In this document: one piece after another, positions 1 through 9,427 of the stretch
Layout: each line of letters begins with the position of its first letter
Position numbering within the stretch: the first letter of the stretch is position 1
Assembly (NCBI GenBank): GCA_050253075.1
Contig: JBFWJS010000001.1
Location: 224,001 to 288,000, forward strand
Direction: 5' to 3'
Length of the DNA: 64,000 bases
From: Deferribacterales bacterium
GTDB taxonomy: Bacteria > Chrysiogenota > Deferribacteres > Deferribacterales > Geovibrionaceae
Made by a program: the position numbers and the translations under genes
Notes under the pieces: generated by a model
Told to the model about the DNA's origin: nothing
Databases searched by the model: none
What the model saw: only the letters and a program-made list of their open reading frames with translations

Positions 1-320
1 ACGGTAAAGACAGAGGCGAAGATGACATAACGTTTCTTCATCTCCAGCTTATGCACCATGCGGGCAGTCTTCCCCGTACCCATGAACTCCATCAAGGCGT
101 CCACGGCATCGTTATCCGATGTTTCACAGGATCCGCCGCTGGGGAATGTCATGTGTCTGGGTAGATCGCCTATCCTGTCCTTTATCTTCACGGCGGCGAA
201 TGGATACTCCTCGAGCACCTCTTCACCTCGCCTGACGGAGAGCTTGTCTCCTACGAGGCTGACCGTCACTGTTTCCGACCCGGCATATCTGCCGTTATAA
301 TATTTAGCTTCGAACTGCAT
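1..320 (-). CDS. Probable M48-family metalloprotease, N-terminal part (runs off window start)
   Basis: Read by hand: ATG at 320 overlaps the TGA of the DUF898 gene; open frame MQFEAKYYNGRYAGSETVTVSL...DRIGDLPRHMTFPSGGSCET...VHKLEMRKRYVIFASVF. DUF898 genes are commonly followed by M48 peptidases with this kind of N-terminus; the catalytic motif is outside the window. Confidence 0.6.
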   Translation of the reverse strand, partial: MQFEAKYYNGRYAGSETVTVSLVGDKLSVRRGEEVLEEYPFAAVKIKDRIGDLPRHMTFPSGGSCETSDNDAVDALMEFMGTGKTARMVHKLEMKKRYVIFASVFT

Positions 321-1366
321 CATAATCCAAAATCTATATCGAAGAAGTCGTCGAACTCTTCGCCGAATGCTCCTATATTTTCTGTTTCCGCAGCGACAAA
401 TCCGCCCATGTCGCCACGCACGAAGAACTTCATGTGTTCATACCTGTACTTCATGGTCCTGACGACGGCGAAAGGGATGAAAGAACCGATGGTCAGGATG
501 GTCGCTATATAGTTAGTGACGGATATCCACACATACTTCTTCGGCTGCATATAGCTTTTCAGCTCGCATCCGGATATGGATACATTGCTGAAGACATAGT
601 TGAACTGAGACGCACGCAGATATCCCAAGACAATAGGTATAGACAATATAATAGACAGGGTCATGACGAACTGCCCGCCCGCATACACGGGCATCAGCCC
701 CACAAAGCCGATGATGAAGCCGACTGCAAACACGAAAGCCACAAGGAGCAGAGCAACCCCGATGGTCTTAAGGAATATAATGTACATATCCCCGACCTTT
801 CCCGAATAGCCGAACTGCTTTGTGCCGAATCTGCTGTGCTCTATTATATGTTTCTTCATCACATGTATATAAAGGGGGTAAAGAAGCCCCGCAGTGATAC
901 CCGAAAGAAAACCGAAAACGATAAAGTTGATGAATGTCTCCCAGTATTCGGCGGCATAGCCGAAGCGTACGTTACGATAGCTGGAGTTATAAGCGTTGAA
1001 CCTGAGAGCACGGTTTATTATCACAGGCATTATAAATGAAAACACGATAAATATAAGAGTACCGATGGCGGGTATCGCAGAGGATATCACCAGCCAGAGG
1101 AAATACATCGTAAAGACTATCAGACGCCCCTTCAATATCTTCTTCGGGTCTGCCGTATACTCGAAGCCCGAACCGTCGAGCCTGACCGAGCCGTAGAAAT
1201 AGCGTTTCCTGCGTACCTTTGCCCATGCGGAATATATCCCCAATGTTATGATGCTGAGCAGTATATTCACCGTCCATATCTTGAAATACTCCCCGCCCTT
1301 CCCCTTAAATTCGAAATTAAACACCTGAGACTGAACGGAAACTTCAGCCTGTTCGACCTCGTTCAT
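320..1366 (-). CDS. YjgN/DUF898 family inner membrane protein
   Basis: FEFKGKGGEYFKIWTVNILLSIITLGIYSAWAKVRRKRYFYG signature, several TM segments, C-terminal FDIDFGL. Confidence 0.85.
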   Translation of the reverse strand: MNEVEQAEVSVQSQVFNFEFKGKGGEYFKIWTVNILLSIITLGIYSAWAKVRRKRYFYGSVRLDGSGFEYTADPKKILKGRLIVFTMYFLWLVISSAIPAIGTLIFIVFSFIMPVIINRALRFNAYNSSYRNVRFGYAAEYWETFINFIVFGFLSGITAGLLYPLYIHVMKKHIIEHSRFGTKQFGYSGKVGDMYIIFLKTIGVALLLVAFVFAVGFIIGFVGLMPVYAGGQFVMTLSIILSIPIVLGYLRASQFNYVFSNVSISGCELKSYMQPKKYVWISVTNYIATILTIGSFIPFAVVRTMKYRYEHMKFFVRGDMGGFVAAETENIGAFGEEFDDFFDIDFGL

Positions 1367-1445
1367 AATAAACCTCTTTAGAAAAATAAATTGATTGTAA
1401 CATAATATATGAATAGCACACGTATGTTTATCACATTTTAAGTTG

Positions 1446-1474
1446 TTGACATCCTGAAACTCAACTGTTATAAA
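1446..1474 (+). promoter_or_regulatory. Sigma70-type promoter of rpsF-ssb-rpsR
   Basis: TTGACA (1446-1451), 17-bp spacer, TG-n-TATAAA (1469-1474). Confidence 0.7.
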
Positions 1475-1477
1475 GTC

Positions 1478-1539
1478 CGACCACCTTTGTTGCGTGCAAA
1501 TATAGGTACGTAACTGCGTAAGACCATAAAGGAGGAAAA
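1478..1539 (+). promoter_or_regulatory. Putative S6:S18 autoregulatory mRNA leader
   Basis: CCACCTTT (1481-1488) can pair with the RBS AAAGGAGG (1528-1535); inner stem TTGCGTGC/GTACGTAA; a CC(A) motif just 5' of the SD, positioned like the CCG of known rpsF leaders. Confidence 0.5.
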
Positions 1540-2019
1540 ATGAACACTTACGAAACCGTATTCATCGTCCGTCCTGATCTGCAGCAAGAGGAACTCGACA
1601 AAGAGCTTGAGTTCTACAAAAACAACATAGAGCAGAACGGCGGTAAGATCCTTAAAGTAGAGCCTTGGGGCAAGCAGACAATGGCATATGACATTGAAAA
1701 CTTCCGTGAAGGCGTATACTTTCTCATTCAGTTCGAAGCTGACACAGAATACCACAAAGAACTTACTATGAGATTCCGTTACAACGAGAACATCCTCAGA
1801 TTCGTTCTGGTATGCATCGACGAGAAGAAATTCAAACTGAACCCTAAGAGAGACACTTCCGGCCCTAAACGCTACGGCAAAAAACCTGGCGGCCCTAGAA
1901 AGCCGAGAGAAGAAGCAGAGCAATCTGAAACAACTGAGGAGACACCAGAAGCACCAGAGGCTCCTGAGGCTCCCGCAGCTGAAGCAAAAGAAGAAGAGGC
2001 TGAAAAGTCCGCTGAGTAA
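1540..2019 (+). CDS. rpsF: 30S ribosomal protein S6 with a long basic then acidic C-terminal tail
   Basis: MNTYETVFIVRPDL...WGKQTMAYDI...NENILRF; strong RBS. Confidence 0.97.
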   Translation: MNTYETVFIVRPDLQQEELDKELEFYKNNIEQNGGKILKVEPWGKQTMAYDIENFREGVYFLIQFEADTEYHKELTMRFRYNENILRFVLVCIDEKKFKLNPKRDTSGPKRYGKKPGGPRKPREEAEQSETTEETPEAPEAPEAPAAEAKEEEAEKSAE

Positions 2020-2041
2020 TTCTCTTCTCTAGGAGTATCTT

Positions 2042-2443
2042 ATGGGTTTTCTCAATAAAGTTATGCTGCTCGGCAATGTCACAAGGAATCCAGAGGTGCG
2101 CTACGTACCCGGACGTGATCTCCCTGTTGCGAAATTCGGCCTTGCGGTAAACAGAAAAACTAGAGACAAAGAAGAAACCTGCTTCATCGATATAGTCACT
2201 TTCGGCAGAACAGCCGAGATGTGCGGCGAATATGTCACAAAAGGCATGCCGATACTTATCGAAGGCAGGCTTTCATACAATACCTGGGAACAGGAAGGTC
2301 AGAAAAGGAGCAAGCATGAGGTGGTTGCTGAAAACATCCAGTTCGTTTCCCGCAGAGGCGAGGAAGGCGGCGGAAGTTACGGAAGCTCCTACAGTAATGA
2401 ACCTTCCGATAATACTATCGACGAAGATGACATACCATTCTAG
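2042..2443 (+). CDS. ssb: Single-stranded DNA-binding protein
   Basis: LNKVMLLGNVTRNPEVRY OB fold; C-terminal DDIPF. Confidence 0.97.
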   Translation: MGFLNKVMLLGNVTRNPEVRYVPGRDLPVAKFGLAVNRKTRDKEETCFIDIVTFGRTAEMCGEYVTKGMPILIEGRLSYNTWEQEGQKRSKHEVVAENIQFVSRRGEEGGGSYGSSYSNEPSDNTIDEDDIPF

Positions 2444-2452
2444 GAGGATTTG

Positions 2453-2683
2453 ATGGCTGTTGTAAAACGCAGATTTCAGCGCAGAAAAGTATGTAGATTC
2501 TGCACAGAAACTATAGATATCGACTACAAAGATGTAAAACTGCTCAGACAATTCGTTACTGAGCGCGGAAAAATAATGCCTCGCAGACTGACAGGAACAT
2601 GTGCAAAGCACCAGCGTCAGCTTGCAGTAGCAGTTAAGACGGCAAGAATAATAGCTCTTCTTCCGTTCAGCCTTACAAAGTAA
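2453..2683 (+). CDS. rpsR: 30S ribosomal protein S18 (Cys/Zn-binding type)
   Basis: RRKVCRFC...[33 protein letters not shown]. Confidence 0.97.
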   Translation: MAVVKRRFQRRKVCRFCTETIDIDYKDVKLLRQFVTERGKIMPRRLTGTCAKHQRQLAVAVKTARIIALLPFSLTK

Positions 2684-2697
2684 GTAACAAAACAACG

Positions 2698-2724
2698 AAG
2701 GGGAGTTTAAACTCCCCTTTTTTT
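2698..2724 (+). terminator. Rho-independent terminator after rpsR
   Basis: AAGGGGAGTTT/AAACTCCCCTT inverted repeat followed by a T run. Confidence 0.8.
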
Positions 2725-2727
2725 ATA

Positions 2728-3642
2728 ATGAAAAATACCATGCATATAGCTTTATACCCTTTGATAGCAGTTATACTTTTCGCAGCGAACGCTATTATGC
2801 CCCAGGTGGGGATAGTTTCTGCCGTGTTCAGTCCCCTTGTGCTCCTCTTATACCTCTCGCACGGGAAACGCACGATACAGTATGACGCTATGCTTGTGGT
2901 ATTGATCGTTGCCCTTGCGGTGTTTAACCATGTCCTTGCGGGGTTCTTTGTCATTTCTCCACTGTTCTCGGCTTTCTTCATCAGATACACCCTGAGGAAC
3001 AATATGTCGACATCGTGGCTCCCTGCCGTGGGTGCTGCTTTTGTCTCTTTCATAGTGACATTCGGCATCATATACGGCATCCCGACATACAGGGCGGGGC
3101 TTGTGGAGTTCACCACAAACGCTCTGAACACCTTCATCAACGCAGCCAAAGAGGCAAACGCACCGATGACTCAGTCCCCATACTTTGCACAGATAGAGGC
3201 AAACAAGGCTGATGCAGCCCTATCCGTTGTGCTGATATTCCCTGCTTTCAACTACATGTACACGGTCTTTGCGGCGTTCATCTCCCTCAGACTGTTTGCA
3301 AAGATAAAAAAGATACAAACTGAGAGATTCCGCCTGCCAGACAATTTCGTCTGGATACTCATAGCGGGCTTCGCTCTCATCTTCACCCCTTTCTTCTACG
3401 GACGTTTTGTCGGTGTTAACATCGCCATGATGTTCATAGTCCTTTATGCATTTCAGGGGTTCGACATCATCCTCTTCTGGATGAACAAGTTCCGTGTGAT
3501 CCCTATGATAAAGGCGATTATTTTTATATTTATTTTTTCTGAACCTCCAATTATACTTGTAATCTCGCTGATAGGACTCTTCAGCGTGTGGTTTAATTTC
3601 TACGGCAAAGAGCCGAAAGAGGAGCAGGAGCCATCGGAGTAA
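2728..3642 (+). CDS. DUF2232/YybS family membrane protein
   Basis: Hydrophobic multi-TM protein with FRLPDNFVW and YAFQG motifs; usual position after rpsR. Confidence 0.75.
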   Translation: MKNTMHIALYPLIAVILFAANAIMPQVGIVSAVFSPLVLLLYLSHGKRTIQYDAMLVVLIVALAVFNHVLAGFFVISPLFSAFFIRYTLRNNMSTSWLPAVGAAFVSFIVTFGIIYGIPTYRAGLVEFTTNALNTFINAAKEANAPMTQSPYFAQIEANKADAALSVVLIFPAFNYMYTVFAAFISLRLFAKIKKIQTERFRLPDNFVWILIAGFALIFTPFFYGRFVGVNIAMMFIVLYAFQGFDIILFWMNKFRVIPMIKAIIFIFIFSEPPIILVISLIGLFSVWFNFYGKEPKEEQEPSE

Positions 3643-4556
3643 CAAAACTCACCGCAACCAAAGTCTCAATAGCCACAGCGACCATCCTTGCGCTGTCGAA
3701 AGCCACCATAGGCATATGGACAGGCTCCCTTGCGGTATTATCATCTGCTTTCGACTCTATACTGGACATTGTTTCATCCAGCATAAACTACTTTGCCGTT
3801 AAAGTGGCGGAGCAGCCGCCGGACGAAAAACACCCGTACGGCCATGCGAAGTTTGAACCGCTGGCAGCACAGATTCAGTCTTTCCTCATTCTCTTTTCAG
3901 GGGTGTATATCTTTTACAAGGCATACACAAACGCAGAGGAGCATGCGGTAATAACGCATCTGGGCGTAAATATATGGGTGATGCTGTTCTCAATGACGGC
4001 GACATTCTTCCTTGTCACCTTCCTGAAACGTGTGGCAAAGAGGGAAAGGTCGCAGGTGCTCGAAGCGGACGCACTGCATTACGAGGTAGACCTTCTGACC
4101 AACGGCGGTGTACTCATTGCCCTTGTAGTGATTAAATATACAGGACACCACCTGATAGACTCTCTGGTGAGTGCCCTTATCGCCATATACATTATATTCT
4201 CTGCGCTGAAGCTGAACTTCGCCGTGACAAAAGACCTCCTCGACGAGGTTATCCCCGACGAAGAGCTGGCACAGGTGGAGGACATAATAAAGAGCCACAG
4301 CCACGAGATTGTCGAGGTGCACAAGCTCCGCACGAGAAAAGCGGGGAACAAGAGCTTCATCGACATGCACCTTGTCCTGTGGAACGGCATGAGCCTGGAC
4401 GATGCGAACACCCTGCGTGTGGACATCGAAAACAGAATTAAAAACAGCCTTGAAAACGCTGATGTTAATATTTATATCGAACCGTGCAAGGCAGACGTAT
4501 GCAGCGACTGCGACGTTTGCGAAGACGGTAATAATTTCGGGAGAGATAAACAATGA
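3633..4556 (+). CDS. Cation diffusion facilitator (FieF/YiiP-like) transporter; start codon uncertain
   Basis: The frame is open from 3597 and encodes TM1-TM2 (GSLAVLSSAFDSILD) upstream of the track's GTG at 3804; PPDEKHPYGHAKFE, ADALHYEVD, C-terminal cytoplasmic domain and a Cys-rich tail. Confidence 0.85.
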   Translation: MGVTKLTATKVSIATATILALSKATIGIWTGSLAVLSSAFDSILDIVSSSINYFAVKVAEQPPDEKHPYGHAKFEPLAAQIQSFLILFSGVYIFYKAYTNAEEHAVITHLGVNIWVMLFSMTATFFLVTFLKRVAKRERSQVLEADALHYEVDLLTNGGVLIALVVIKYTGHHLIDSLVSALIAIYIIFSALKLNFAVTKDLLDEVIPDEELAQVEDIIKSHSHEIVEVHKLRTRKAGNKSFIDMHLVLWNGMSLDDANTLRVDIENRIKNSLENADVNIYIEPCKADVCSDCDVCEDGNNFGRDKQ

Positions 4557-5782
4557 GCCTTTTTATGGAAAATTTAATATCCGAGAGACTCGGCGGTAAG
4601 ATGTTTGGTAAAGACACAACCATCTACAAATTCGAAAAGATCAAAAGAGCAAAAAGAGCAGCCATGAAGGAGAACCCTGATATGGAGCTCATCGACATGG
4701 GTGTAGGCGAACCTGATGCTATGGCTCACCCTGATGTAGTAAAAGTACTTCAGATAGAAGCAGAAAAACGTGAGAACAGATTCTACGCAGACAACGGTAT
4801 CGATGAGTTCAAAGCCGCTGCTGCAGGATATATGAAAAAGAGATTCGGCGTTGAGATGGACCCTGCCACACAGATAAACCACTGTATCGGCTCTAAGCCT
4901 GCCCTCGCCCTCTTCCCTATCGCCCTTATCAACCCCGGCGATGTGGCTCTTATGACTGTTCCCGGATATCCTGTTTCCGGAACAACTACAAAGTATCTCG
5001 GCGGTGAGGTTTACAACATCTCTCTTCTGAAAGAGAACAACTTCCTCCCTGACCTCGACAGCATCCCTGAGGACATATGCAAACGTGCAAAGTTCCTCTA
5101 CCTGAACTATCCTAACAACCCTACGGGCGTACTCGCTCCGAAGGAATTCTATGAGAAGGTTGTCGCTTTCGCTAAGAAATACGACATAGCAGTTGTCTCC
5201 GACGCTGCATACATAGAGCTCACATACGGCGAAGACCCTATTTCCTTCCTCTCTGTTGAGGGCGCTATGGAAGTAGGTATCGAGATACACTCCCTCTCCA
5301 AATCCTTCAACATGACAGGCTGGAGAATCGGTTTCGTATGCGGTAACCCGCACCTTGTTCAGGCTTTCGCCACTGTTAAAGACAACAACGACTCAGGCCA
5401 GTTCATCCCGATACAAAAGGCAGCCTGTTACTGTCTTGAGCATCCTGAGCTGATCGAGCCTACTAAAAAGAAATACAGCCGCAGACTGAACATGCTGGCT
5501 AATGTCCTCCGCAAGCACGGCTTCACAGTGGACGAGCCAAAGGGTTCTTTCTACCTCTACTTCGGCATCCCGAAAGCAACAGCTTCAGGACGCAAGTTTG
5601 AGTCAGGCGAGCAGTTCTGTGACTATCTCATCCGTGAGAAGCTGATATCATCAGTGCCATGGGACGATGCGGGCAACTTTCTCCGTTTCAGCGCAACATT
5701 CGTGGCTGATTCCGTAGCTGAAGAAGAGCGTATCGCGAAGATAATCGACGAGCGTCTCTCTTCCGAAACATTTATATTCTAA
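4553..5782 (+). CDS. dapL: LL-diaminopimelate aminotransferase
   Basis: Class I PLP aminotransferase motifs (LNYPNNPTG, SDAAY, HSLSKSFNMTGWRIGF) and the DapL-type N-terminus YKFEKIKRAKR. Confidence 0.85.
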   Translation: MSLFMENLISERLGGKMFGKDTTIYKFEKIKRAKRAAMKENPDMELIDMGVGEPDAMAHPDVVKVLQIEAEKRENRFYADNGIDEFKAAAAGYMKKRFGVEMDPATQINHCIGSKPALALFPIALINPGDVALMTVPGYPVSGTTTKYLGGEVYNISLLKENNFLPDLDSIPEDICKRAKFLYLNYPNNPTGVLAPKEFYEKVVAFAKKYDIAVVSDAAYIELTYGEDPISFLSVEGAMEVGIEIHSLSKSFNMTGWRIGFVCGNPHLVQAFATVKDNNDSGQFIPIQKAACYCLEHPELIEPTKKKYSRRLNMLANVLRKHGFTVDEPKGSFYLYFGIPKATASGRKFESGEQFCDYLIREKLISSVPWDDAGNFLRFSATFVADSVAEEERIAKIIDERLSSETFIF

Positions 5783-5851
5783 GCGGAGCACCTGTGCTCC
5801 CCCGCTTATGCGCCATACGCTGTATGGCTTAAGCGACACAAATGATATACC

Positions 5852-5883
5852 AAGGGCCCGACTCATCTGAGTCGGGTCTTTTT
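5852..5883 (+). terminator. Rho-independent terminator after dapL
   Basis: GGCCCGACTCA-tc-TGAGTCGGGTC stem followed by TTTTT. Confidence 0.8.
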
Positions 5884-6023
5884 GCATATATTTTCACATT
5901 CCTAACAAAGCATTAACAAATAACATTTTTATTAATTTTCATTTTCATTCTCCTGAACATTAGCTCATCAATTCCGCAAAAGCACCAAATAGAATCACAG
6001 TATTATTTTTCAGGAGGCGATTT

Positions 6024-7841
6024 GTGTTTACTATAAGAAAAGCACTCGCAGTTGCGATCATATTCGCAATGACAGCAATGATCTCTGCATGTGGCGGCGG
6101 AAGCGGAAGCAGCAGCTCCGACACACCGGTACAGGTAAAGATACTGCATATGAACGACTCTCACTCTCACATCGAGGGCGACACTGAGAAGCTCTCATTT
6201 GACGGTGTCGAAACAGAAGTGACAATGGGCGGAATGGCGAGAGCCGCTGCTCTCATCGATTCTCTCAGAGACGAAAATACTCTGCTCCTCCACGCAGGAG
6301 ATACAGTACAAGGGACACTCTACTATACACTCTTCGACGGTGAAGCCGACGCAGATGTTCTCAATGCTATGGATTTCGACGCTATCACAATAGGAAACCA
6401 CGAGTTCGACGACGGCGACGATTTCCTCAGCAGCTATATAGACATAGTTGACGCTCCATTTATCAGTGCGAATGTGATCCCCACAATGGGCAACACTCTC
6501 TATGGTAAATTCAACCCTTACATCATTAAAACCGTAAACGACCAGAAGATAGGCATCATAGGAATCACTATCTCAGGAAAGACAAAGGATTCATCCAGCC
6601 CGAGCGACGAGATAACCTTCCTAGACGAGTCAACAGCTCTGCAGAACACTGTGAACGAGCTCAAAAACCTCGGCGTACAGAAGATCGTCGTACTCAGCCA
6701 CTACGGATACACTAACGTACAGGCTATGGCAGCTCAGGTAACTGACATCGACGTTATAGTAGACGGCGATTCACACACTCTCCTCGGCGACTTCGACTAT
6801 GTCGGTCTCTCATCATCAGGCGACTATCCTACTATGGCTCTGAACGCAGACGGCGACGATGTATGTATCGTACAGGCATGGGAATACGGCAAGGCAGTGG
6901 GCGAGCTGAACGTCACATTCGACGGCGATGCAGTTGCATCATGTTCGGGTGACGCACACCTCATCATTTCAGACGACTTTGAGCAGGCAGACGCAACATC
7001 CCTCGCAAAGGCTGCCGTATCAGACGATGTCAAAGCATCTATCCTCGCCATCATCGCAGGCAACGGCAACATATCTGTCATCCCCGAAGCAGACGTAGAC
7101 CAGTCTATATCCACAATTGTAGACACTTACTCAGGTCAGGTGGATGCACTCTCTGCGGAAGTTATCGGTGAAGCCGCTGAAACTATATACCTCGGCAGAG
7201 TCCCGGGGAAAGTTTATAACGGCGCAACACTCCCCCTCGGCTCCGAGATAGCTCCTATCGTAGCCAAAGCATTCTATGACCTCAGCAACAGAGCAGATAT
7301 GTGTATACAGAACGCAGGCGGTGTGCGTGAAACTGTGAACGCAGGCGACATCACATACGGCACAGCATACACACTCCTCCCATTCGGAAACACACTTTAC
7401 GAAATAGAGATGTACGGTTCAGAGATAAAGCAGGTTCTCGAAGATTCTGTTGAAGGGATAGCTCAGGGCGGCTCCGACGGCGGTTTCCCATATTCATACG
7501 CCCTTAAATATGACGTAGATGCTACACAGGCATACGGCAGCAGATTCAGCAACCTCGAAGTGAAAGACCGCACAACAGGCATATGGAGCGCACTCAATGA
7601 CGACACTATGTATGTAGTGGTCACAAACTCCTACACAGCCAGCGGTAAAGACGGATACACCACATTCGGCACAGTACAGGCAGAGAGAGGCCCCGGCGTG
7701 GACACATACCTCGACTATGCTATGTCTTTCGTGGCTTATGTACAGGCACTGACAGCAAACGGCGACCGGCTTGAAAAGCTCCCCGCAGAGGATCACCCTG
7801 TTAAGAGCTATGTAGAACTTGATCCCGCAGGGAAATTATAA
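6024..7841 (+). CDS. 5'-nucleotidase / NAD nucleotidase-like lipoprotein
   Basis: Lipobox ISAC; calcineurin-like motifs HMNDSHSH, HAGD, GNHEFD, LSHYG, GDSHT; C-terminal QNAGGVR, LPFGN, GKDGY. Confidence 0.92.
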   Translation: MFTIRKALAVAIIFAMTAMISACGGGSGSSSSDTPVQVKILHMNDSHSHIEGDTEKLSFDGVETEVTMGGMARAAALIDSLRDENTLLLHAGDTVQGTLYYTLFDGEADADVLNAMDFDAITIGNHEFDDGDDFLSSYIDIVDAPFISANVIPTMGNTLYGKFNPYIIKTVNDQKIGIIGITISGKTKDSSSPSDEITFLDESTALQNTVNELKNLGVQKIVVLSHYGYTNVQAMAAQVTDIDVIVDGDSHTLLGDFDYVGLSSSGDYPTMALNADGDDVCIVQAWEYGKAVGELNVTFDGDAVASCSGDAHLIISDDFEQADATSLAKAAVSDDVKASILAIIAGNGNISVIPEADVDQSISTIVDTYSGQVDALSAEVIGEAAETIYLGRVPGKVYNGATLPLGSEIAPIVAKAFYDLSNRADMCIQNAGGVRETVNAGDITYGTAYTLLPFGNTLYEIEMYGSEIKQVLEDSVEGIAQGGSDGGFPYSYALKYDVDATQAYGSRFSNLEVKDRTTGIWSALNDDTMYVVVTNSYTASGKDGYTTFGTVQAERGPGVDTYLDYAMSFVAYVQALTANGDRLEKLPAEDHPVKSYVELDPAGKL

Positions 7842-7868
7842 GAATACTCTTATAGGATAATATCTTAC

Positions 7869-7902
7869 AACGGCTCAGAGCGAAAGTTTTGAGCCGTTTT
7901 TT
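7869..7902 (+). terminator. Terminator between the convergent nucleotidase and dnaA genes
   Basis: AACGGCTCAGAGC-gaaa-GTTTTGAGCCGTT followed by a T run. Confidence 0.75.
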
Positions 7903-7955
7903 ATGTGGGGTGGATTATGTTTTTATTGATACTGATTGTTCTGAATATAATCTGA

Positions 7956-9296
7956 CTAGCACTGTGAGTAGAGGTCTTTCTCCAGAGTGGAGATGACCAG
8001 CTGAACCTCTTTGCTCTCTTCCAGCTTTGACGCTGTGGTATTGACAGCGTGAAGCACTGTGGAGTGGTCTCGTCCGCCAAAAATAGAGCCGACTTCCTGC
8101 AGAGACATATTCAGCTTTTCCCTCAGCATATACATGGCTATCTGACGGGGGTAGGATATGCTCTTCGTACGCTTTTTAGAGCGCAGGTCAGCCATCTTCA
8201 CATTAAAGTAGCTGCATACGGCATTGATGATATCCTCGGAGGATACCGCCCTGTCTTTCTTCACGATGAACTTGTCCAGAGCCTCTTTGGCGAGGTCTAT
8301 CGTCAGCCCTCTTTTATGGAAGGAGGCAAAGGCAGAGAGGCGCACAAGCGCACCCATAAGCTCACGCACGTTTTCAGTAAGCATGTTTTCGGCGATAAAG
8401 AGCGCAACTTCACTAGGGAGCTTAAGCCCCATGAATTCTGCCCTTTTCATAAGTATCGCTGTCTTTTCCTCTGTGCTCGGCGGCTGGATGTCCGCTATCA
8501 GTCCCCATGCGAAACGGCTCTTCAGCCTGTCTTCCATGTCGGGGATCTCCGCAGGGGTCTTATCACTTGTGATGATTATCTGCTTCTGATTGTCATAGAG
8601 AGCGTTGAAAGTGTTGAAGAACTCTTCGGTACTCCGCTGTTTCCCCGAGAGGAACTGAACATCGTCAAAAAGGAGAACGTCTATCGTGCGGTATCTCGCC
8701 TGAAATTCTTCCATCTTTCTTGTACGCAGAGAGTTGATCATATCGTTTGTGAAAGTTTCGGACGTGATGTATAAAACCTTCATCTTAGGGAACTTTTCAA
8801 GGATGCGGTTGCCCACGGCATGCATAAGGTGAGTCTTACCCAGACCGGAACCGCCGTATATAAAGAGCGGGTTATACTGCATGAACTGCCCTTCGGAGAC
8901 AGCCTCACATGCGGAGAAAGAGAATTCGTTGGACGAACCAGCCACGAAGTTTGTGAATGTATAGTCTTTATTAAGTCCGGAGCCGTTCTTATGAACAAAG
9001 GCGGATGCACCTGCGGCCACTTTGGACGCTTCCTGAGAAGGCTGCTTCTTCACACCGCCGACGACAACTGTCACATCCGCGTCGATGCTGAGGTTATCAT
9101 TAAAGACTTTCTTTATATGTGTGAGGAATTTATCGTCTGCCCATTTCTTATAGAATTTATTAGGTGCAGAGAGAGTGACCATATCGCCCCTGAGCTCTGC
9201 TATGGAGAGAGGCTCGAGCCATGTTTTGATCTCGCTGTCTTCAAGTATTCCCTGCAGGTTCTTCAGAACCTCTTCCCAGACGCTGCTTTCATCCAT
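7956..9296 (-). CDS. dnaA: Chromosomal replication initiator DnaA
   Basis: YTFTNFVAGSSN, YNPLFIYGGSGLGKTHL, LLFDDVQF, RLKSRFAWGL, FGGRDHSTVLHA; full length, 446 aa. Confidence 0.97.
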   Translation of the reverse strand: MDESSVWEEVLKNLQGILEDSEIKTWLEPLSIAELRGDMVTLSAPNKFYKKWADDKFLTHIKKVFNDNLSIDADVTVVVGGVKKQPSQEASKVAAGASAFVHKNGSGLNKDYTFTNFVAGSSNEFSFSACEAVSEGQFMQYNPLFIYGGSGLGKTHLMHAVGNRILEKFPKMKVLYITSETFTNDMINSLRTRKMEEFQARYRTIDVLLFDDVQFLSGKQRSTEEFFNTFNALYDNQKQIIITSDKTPAEIPDMEDRLKSRFAWGLIADIQPPSTEEKTAILMKRAEFMGLKLPSEVALFIAENMLTENVRELMGALVRLSAFASFHKRGLTIDLAKEALDKFIVKKDRAVSSEDIINAVCSYFNVKMADLRSKKRTKSISYPRQIAMYMLREKLNMSLQEVGSIFGGRDHSTVLHAVNTTASKLEESKEVQLVISTLEKDLYSQC

Positions 9297-9427
9297 TCGA
9301 ATAAATCCCGGCTTTAGGTCGTTTTTTCACTGACCCGAATTTTATGAGGAACGACCAATATAACAAATCGGTTTCGAAATGTATAGGGGATAAAACATGA
9401 AAATCCTGACTAGGGCGGTGTTTTCCG

